A stretch of DNA of 24,804 bases, from positions 1 to 24,804 of the forward strand of contig JBJOQI010000093.1 in NCBI GenBank assembly GCA_046050045.1, written 5' to 3'. Positions 17,412 through 24,804 of this stretch are shown here, one piece after another. How positions within the stretch are numbered: position 1 is the stretch's first letter; each line of letters begins with the position of its first letter. The DNA comes from Pseudomonadota bacterium (GTDB lineage: Bacteria > Pseudomonadota > Alphaproteobacteria > Rhodobacterales > Rhodobacteraceae). The position numbers were made by a program, and so were the translations under genes. Under the pieces are notes generated by a model. That model made no database searches. It was given only the letters and a program-made list of their open reading frames with translations, and was not told the origin of the DNA.

Positions 17412-18247
17412 GCCTGTCCGGCCACCTGGGGTGCTGCGCCGCCTCCGTGCTTTCTGAGGTAGAAGTTCCGGTGGCGGTCACTCATTTCCTTGGTGTCCAT
17501 CAGCAGGCAGACGTCGATCGTATTGAACTCGCGGTCGATGTAGGCCCCCTCGCCGACAAATCCTCCGAGCCGAAGGTAGGCCTTGATCAGGGTCGGCATG
17601 GCAAGCATCGCTGCCTTACGGTCGATCCGGTCCTTTGGCACCAGATCCATGTCGAGGTACCCCGGTGTTCTTGCATGCACGCACAGGGCCTCGGGGGCGA
17701 GGTGATGGTGATGCAGCCAGGCCAGAGGCAGCCGCAGTGGGGCCGGGTCAGTGCCATGAAAGCTTGCAACGCCGAACAGGACCTCGATCCCGCGCTCGAG
17801 CACATAGTCGGCCAGGCCGTTCCACAGCAGGAACATGCCCGTCCCGCCGCGATAGGCCGGGTCGACGCAGGAACGACCAAGCTCCAGCAGACGGCGCCCG
17901 CTCTGACGCAAGGGGGTCAGGTCATACTCGGAATCGCTGTAGTATCTGCCGATCTGCGCGGCCCGGTCGTCGGGCAACAGGCGATAGACGCCGACCACAT
18001 GGTCCAGTTCATCGGGATTGCGCGAACGGTCGACCAGAACCAGATGGTCGTTCACCGCATCGAAGGCATCCGACTCGATCTTGCGCCCGTGATCGACAAG
18101 GGGTCCGTCCGCGCCCAGTTCCTCTACGAAGACGCGGTAACGCAGCCGCTGCGAAGACAGGATGTCCGCCTGCGATTCGGCGAGCCGGACCTCGAGATTG
18201 TCGGCAAGCCCGGCCGGGCCAGTTGCTTGCCCACCGGATGTGTTCAC
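17408..18247 (-). CDS. olsB: Ornithine N-acyltransferase (GNAT, acyl-ACP dependent)
   Basis: QRLRYRVFVEELGA, DAFDAVNDHL, LLELGRSCVDPAYR, LFGVASFHGTDP, PTLIKAYLRLGG; paired with a PlsC-like gene. Confidence 0.88.
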   Translation of the reverse strand: MNTSGGQATGPAGLADNLEVRLAESQADILSSQRLRYRVFVEELGADGPLVDHGRKIESDAFDAVNDHLVLVDRSRNPDELDHVVGVYRLLPDDRAAQIGRYYSDSEYDLTPLRQSGRRLLELGRSCVDPAYRGGTGMFLLWNGLADYVLERGIEVLFGVASFHGTDPAPLRLPLAWLHHHHLAPEALCVHARTPGYLDMDLVPKDRIDRKAAMLAMPTLIKAYLRLGGFVGEGAYIDREFNTIDVCLLMDTKEMSDRHRNFYLRKHGGGAAPQVAGQA

Positions 18248-18300
18248 AGCAAATGCTCCCGCCTAGGCATACCGCATCGCAGGACAGAGACCCCTGCCCT

Positions 18301-18319
18301 GGTTAATCCTTGATTAACC
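18301..18319. promoter_or_regulatory. Full consensus CtrA binding site
   Basis: GGTTAATCCTTGATTAACC = TTAA-N7-TTAAC, readable on both strands, in the olsB-DUF3553-chpT interval. Confidence 0.8.
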
Positions 18320-18343
18320 GCAGGAAGAGATAGAGGAGATGCG

Positions 18344-18371
18344 TTGACGCAACCCAAAGCAGTGTTACCGT
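18344..18371 (+). promoter_or_regulatory. Putative promoter oriented toward chpT
   Basis: TTGACG-N16-TACCGT with TG at the extended -10 position. Confidence 0.45.
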
Positions 18372-18397
18372 TCCGGAAGGTCATTCAGGTTCCGCCG

Positions 18398-18577
18398 TCA
18401 CGTTGAAGGTCCAAACACAAGTTCGAGCTCTGCCACCGCGATGTTGACGACAACCTTTCCTGCATGTTCGAAGTTCACCGTAACCCGGCCCGATACATTC
18501 GACTGGACCTGCCCCAGACCCCATTCCGGTTTGCCCGGCATCCTGACCAGCTGTCCGGGTTCAGGAAAGTTCGGCAT
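18398..18577 (-). CDS. DUF3553-like small protein (59 aa), absent from the supplied ORF track
   Basis: Manual translation: MPNFPEPGQLVRMPGKPEWGLGQVQSNVSGRVTVNFEHAGKVVVNIAVAELELVFGPST*; GAGG RBS upstream; signature WGLGQVQS..G.VTVNFEHAGK. Confidence 0.85.
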   Translation of the reverse strand: MPNFPEPGQLVRMPGKPEWGLGQVQSNVSGRVTVNFEHAGKVVVNIAVAELELVFGPST

Positions 18578-18614
18578 CCGCGCCTCCCTCGATGCCGTGT
18601 TCCGTGATTAGACC

Positions 18615-19214
18615 ATGAATGACCAGAGTCTGGACCTTTCTGCCCTTGTCGCCTCGCGGCTGTGCCATGACCTGATAAGCCCACTTGGCGCGATCAGCAA
18701 CGGCGTCGAGCTTCTCGGCCTGTCCTCCGACACCGCCGAGGCGCGCCTGGTCGCCGACAGCGCAAGATCAGCGACGGCGCGTATCCGGTTGTTTCGCATC
18801 GCCTTTGGCCATTCCGCCCCCGGCCAGTCCGTTCCGCTGAATGAACTCCGTTCAATCCTGGACGACATGTCCGCCACGGGTCGCATCGCCTATTCCTGGC
18901 TTGGCGAAAAAGGTTGTTCCCGGGATCAGGCAAAGCTCTGCCTGCTTGCGCTGCTCTGCGCCGAGACAGAGCTAGCCTATGGCGGCAGGATCTCCCTTTT
19001 GCCGGGGGAAGCGACCACCGTCGTGACTGCAAGTTCGGACCGGTTCAGGGCCGATCCGGGGCCCTGGGAAATATTCCGCGAGACACCGGCCAATGCCGGC
19101 GCCGCGACGGCACCTTCCCTGGTGCAGTTTCCAGTCCTGCTGGCCGAATCGCGTCGTCAGGGACGTTTGCCGCAAGTGGAGCGCGGCGAAACCGTGCTGA
19201 GGATCACCGTCTAG
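18615..19214 (+). CDS. chpT: Histidine phosphotransferase ChpT
   Basis: LVASRLCHDLISPLGAISNGVELL H-box, ARIRLFRIAFG, and a degenerate CA domain ending in AT(A)PSLVQF. Confidence 0.92.
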   Translation: MNDQSLDLSALVASRLCHDLISPLGAISNGVELLGLSSDTAEARLVADSARSATARIRLFRIAFGHSAPGQSVPLNELRSILDDMSATGRIAYSWLGEKGCSRDQAKLCLLALLCAETELAYGGRISLLPGEATTVVTASSDRFRADPGPWEIFRETPANAGAATAPSLVQFPVLLAESRRQGRLPQVERGETVLRITV

Positions 19215-19216
19215 GT

Positions 19217-20482
19217 TCAGGCCCTGATCGTCCCGTCGCCGGTCACGATGTACTTGAAGCTGGTCAGTTGCTCGGCCCCGACCGGCCCGCGCGCGTGCAG
19301 CTTTCCGGTCGCAATCCCGATCTCTGCGCCCATCCCGAACTCGCCCCCGTCCGCGAACTGGGTCGAGGCATTCTGCAACAGGATCGCACTGTCGAGTCGG
19401 GTGAAGAACCGCTCGGCCGTGGCGTCGTTCTCGGTCAGGATCGCTTCGGTATGCTGGCTGCCGAACTTGCGGATATGTGCGATCGCCTCGTCCACACCGT
19501 CGACCAGCTTCGCCGCGATGACCATGTCGAGGAACTCGCGTCCGAAGTCGTCCGGCGCAGCCCTGACCGTGCCCGGAACCTTCAGCAACTCGCCCTCGGT
19601 CCGCACCTCGACCCCGGCCTTCAGCAGATCCTCGATCAGCACCGCGCCGTGCTTGGTATAGAACTGCCAGTCGATCAGCAGGCATTCCGCCGCGCCGCAG
19701 ATTCCGGTGCGCCGCGTCTTGGCGTTCAGCACCACGGCCCGCGTCTTTTCAAGGTCCGCGTCGCGGTCGGCATAGACGTGGCAGATGCCCTCCAGATGCG
19801 CAAAGACCGGCACCCGCGCCTCGGCCTGCACCAGCCCGACCAGACCCTTGCCGCCGCGCGGCACGATCACGTCGATGAACTGCACCGCCCGCAGCATCTC
19901 GCCCACCATCGCCCGGTCGCGCGTCGGGATCAGCTGGATCGCGTCCTCGGGCAGGCCCGCCTGTTTCAGGCCGGTGACAAGGCATTCATGGATCGTGGTC
20001 GAGGAATGGAAGCTTTCGGACCCGCCGCGCAGGATCACGGCATTGCCCGACTTCAGGCAGAGCGCCCCAGCATCCGCCGTTACGTTGGGGCGGCTCTCGA
20101 AGATCACCCCGATCACGCCAAGGGGCGTGCGCACCCGCTTGATGTGCAGGCCCGTGGGCCGGTCCCATTCCGCGATGACCTCGCCTACCGGATCGCGCTG
20201 CTCGGCAATTGAACGCAGCCCGTCGACGATGCCCCGGATCCGGCCCTCGTCGAGTTTCAGCCGGTCCATCATCGCCGGGCTCAGCCCCTTGGCAGCGCCA
20301 TAGGCCAGATCCTCGGAATTGGCATCCATGATCGCCTGCCGCCGTGACCAGACCGCCTCGGCCGCGCCGATCAGGGCCGCATATTTCCGCTCGGACAAGG
20401 CAAAGGCCAGCTCGGCCGCCGCCGCCTTGGCGCGCGCCCCGATCTCGGCCATCAGCCCCTGCATGGAGGTCATCTCGTTCAT
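19217..20482 (-). CDS. proA: Gamma-glutamyl phosphate reductase
   Basis: [72 protein letters not shown]. Confidence 0.98.
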   Translation of the reverse strand: MNEMTSMQGLMAEIGARAKAAAAELAFALSERKYAALIGAAEAVWSRRQAIMDANSEDLAYGAAKGLSPAMMDRLKLDEGRIRGIVDGLRSIAEQRDPVGEVIAEWDRPTGLHIKRVRTPLGVIGVIFESRPNVTADAGALCLKSGNAVILRGGSESFHSSTTIHECLVTGLKQAGLPEDAIQLIPTRDRAMVGEMLRAVQFIDVIVPRGGKGLVGLVQAEARVPVFAHLEGICHVYADRDADLEKTRAVVLNAKTRRTGICGAAECLLIDWQFYTKHGAVLIEDLLKAGVEVRTEGELLKVPGTVRAAPDDFGREFLDMVIAAKLVDGVDEAIAHIRKFGSQHTEAILTENDATAERFFTRLDSAILLQNASTQFADGGEFGMGAEIGIATGKLHARGPVGAEQLTSFKYIVTGDGTIRA

Positions 20483-20497
20483 CGCAAGCACCCCTGC

Positions 20498-22704
<2,207 letters not shown>

Positions 22705-24036
22705 CTAGAGATAGTCCGACCGCTGCAACCCGTACTTGGCCATCTTCTCGTTCAGGGTGCGGCGCGGCAGGCAAAGCTCGTCCATCACGGCGGTGATCGA
22801 ACCCTTGTGACGACGCATCGTATTGTCGATCAGCATCTTTTCGAAGCTCTCGACATATTCCTTCAGCGGCTTGCCTTCGGTGGTGATCTCGCCCGCCGTC
22901 TCCTCGCTGTCGGCCATCAGAAGGGCCGAGATCGACCCCGTGCCGCGACGGTTCTGCAAGACGGCCCGCTCGGCCACGTTGATCAGTTGCCGCACATTTC
23001 CCGGCCAGGGCGCCTGCAACAGTTGTGCCGCTTCCTGCGCCGTGACCTGCGGGGCATCGCAGCCATATTCCTCGGCAAACTGTTCGGCCAGCCGCGTGAA
23101 CAGCGTCAGGATGTCCTCGCCGCGTTGGCGCAGGGGCGGAAGCGTGATCTTCAACGCGGCAAGCCGGTAGAACAGGTCAGGCCGCAGCGCATCCTCGACT
23201 GTCCTGCCCTGCTCGTGCTCGTTGCAGATCGCGATGATCCGCGTCTCGGCCGGCGAGCCCTGATCGTTGATGAAGGTCAGCAGCCGCGCCTGGACCGGCT
23301 GCGACAGCGCCTCGACATCCTCCAGCACCAGCGTTCCGCCGCGCGCTTCCTCGACCAGCGGAATTGACCCGCCCTCTTCCATCGGGCCGAAAAGTTTCGG
23401 GCCGAGAACATCGTCCGAATAGGCCGCGCAGGACAGGACGACAAACTTCTTGCCCGCCCGTGGTCCGACGGCATGCAGCGCATGGGCCACCAGCGTCTTG
23501 CCGGTCCCCGTCTCGCCGTCGATCAGGACGTGACCGTCAGCCTGGCCGAGATCGAGGATATCTTCGCGCAACCGCTCCATCGCAGGCGAGGTGCCGATCA
23601 GCTTCTTCATCAGCATCGAGCCATCCGACAATTCCCGGCGCAGCGCGCGGTTGTCGAGCGTCAGGCGGCGCGAGTTGCTGGCCTTCTTGGCAAGTTCCGT
23701 CATCCGGTCCGGGTTGAAGGGCTTTTCCAGAAAGTCATAGGCACCGATGCGCATGGCCTCGACGGCCATGGGCACGTCTCCGTGACCGGTAATCATGATG
23801 ACCGGCAGGCCCGAGTCGACGCTCATCAGCTTTTTCAGGAATGCCATGCCGTCCATGCCGGGCATCTTGATGTCGGACACCACGACACCAGGCCAGTCCT
23901 GTCCGATCGATTTCAAGGCCTCTTCGGCGCTTGGATAGGTCTCGGTATCGAAGCCCGACAACGCGAGCCACTGGCTGATCGATTGGCGCATGTCCTGCTC
24001 GTCATCAACGATGGCAACCTTCATCGATCGGCTCAT
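22705..24036 (-). CDS. dctD: NtrC/DctD-family response regulator (receiver, AAA+, Fis HTH) lacking GAFTGA
   Basis: VAIVDD...SDIKMPGMDG receiver; GETGTGKT Walker A; DLFYRL; WPGNVRQL; C-terminal LCLPRRTLNEKMAKYGL. The gene symbol reflects family resemblance only. Confidence 0.85.
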   Translation of the reverse strand: MSRSMKVAIVDDEQDMRQSISQWLALSGFDTETYPSAEEALKSIGQDWPGVVVSDIKMPGMDGMAFLKKLMSVDSGLPVIMITGHGDVPMAVEAMRIGAYDFLEKPFNPDRMTELAKKASNSRRLTLDNRALRRELSDGSMLMKKLIGTSPAMERLREDILDLGQADGHVLIDGETGTGKTLVAHALHAVGPRAGKKFVVLSCAAYSDDVLGPKLFGPMEEGGSIPLVEEARGGTLVLEDVEALSQPVQARLLTFINDQGSPAETRIIAICNEHEQGRTVEDALRPDLFYRLAALKITLPPLRQRGEDILTLFTRLAEQFAEEYGCDAPQVTAQEAAQLLQAPWPGNVRQLINVAERAVLQNRRGTGSISALLMADSEETAGEITTEGKPLKEYVESFEKMLIDNTMRRHKGSITAVMDELCLPRRTLNEKMAKYGLQRSDYL

Positions 24037-24057
24037 GGTCGCTTCTCCTGCGCTACG

Positions 24058-24804
24058 TCACTCTGCGGCGGCGGTCTTGCTGGCCATGACCGGCAACTGG
24101 ATCTCGAACACCGCACCGCCCTGCTGCCCGTTGCGGGCCGTCAGTCGTCCGCCTAGGTCGTTGACGATGCCGGACGAAATGGCAAGTCCCAAGCCTACAC
24201 CGTCGCCCGGCTTCTTGGTGGTGTAAAACGGCTCGAACAGGCTTTCGAGGTCTTCGATCCCGTGCCCGTTGTCCCGGATCGTCAACAGCACCGTCTCGCC
24301 CATGGTCAGAAGGATGTCGATCTGCGGGTCGGCAACCTCCTTGGTCGCGTCGATCGCGTTGCGCAACAGGTTGATGATAACCTGCTCTAGCCTGATGCGG
24401 TCGGCCAGAACCATGACCGGCCCCCGTGGCATGGCCCGGGTGATCCGCACGGCCCGGGTGCGCAGCTGCGGCTCCATCATCGACAGGGCGGTTGACACGC
24501 AAATCCTTGCATCCACAGGCTCAAATGCCTCTCCGCCCTTGCGGGCATAGCTCTTGAGCTGGCGTGTGATCGCCCCCATCCGGTTGATCAGGTCATCGAT
24601 CCTCTGGAACGACGACAGGGCCTCTTCGGGGCGCTTGCGTTCCAGCAGAAGCCGCGCCCCGGCCAGATAGGTCTTCATTGCCGCAAGGGGCTGGTTCAAT
24701 TCGTGGCTGACCGAGGCCGACATCTCGCCAAGGGCGGCCAGTTTCGACGACTGCGCCAGCGTCTGCTCGGCCACCGCAAGGTCCTTTTGCGCGCGTTCGC
24801 GTTC
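24058..24804 (-). CDS. dctB: DctB-like sensor histidine kinase (3' part; start lies beyond the window)
   Basis: LAALGEMSASVSHELNQPLAAM H-box, QVIINLLRNAIDA N-box, RDNGHG, FEPFYTTK, GVGLGLAIS. Confidence 0.85.
   Translation of the reverse strand, partial: ERERAQKDLAVAEQTLAQSSKLAALGEMSASVSHELNQPLAAMKTYLAGARLLLERKRPEEALSSFQRIDDLINRMGAITRQLKSYARKGGEAFEPVDARICVSTALSMMEPQLRTRAVRITRAMPRGPVMVLADRIRLEQVIINLLRNAIDATKEVADPQIDILLTMGETVLLTIRDNGHGIEDLESLFEPFYTTKKPGDGVGLGLAISSGIVNDLGGRLTARNGQQGGAVFEIQLPVMASKTAAAE

Overview
GC-rich, densely coding, apparently chromosomal core region of an alphaproteobacterium, most likely Rhodobacterales (ChpT, a perfect CtrA box, olsBA, type-2 CtaA). Left to right: 3' part of a FadL/OmpP1-like outer-membrane protein; EamA/DMT transporter, uncharacterised P-loop NTPase, metA and an alpha/beta hydrolase; ppk2-TetR; a MocR regulator divergent from a DUF1127 small protein with a structured 3' region; a small hypothetical gene; rplM-rpsI; PaaI thioesterase divergent from a crotonase-family gene; a minus-strand trmJ, ctaA, M32 carboxypeptidase, MFS cluster; a TfoX-N protein; a degenerate ThiE-like protein; olsB-olsA; a 59-aa DUF3553-like gene missing from the ORF track; chpT; obgE-proB-proA; a DctD-like regulator lacking GAFTGA; and the 3' part of a DctB-like kinase. 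I saw no mobile element, CRISPR array, rRNA or tRNA, and no clear-cut novel multi-gene system. The best leads are the MocR/DUF1127 module (overlapping promoters, 31-12-31 bp repeats, possible 3' sRNA), the CtrA box between olsBA and a chpT promoter that would read antisense through DUF3553, and the kinase-fold NTPase beside metA. All family assignments come from motif recognition by eye, without database searches.
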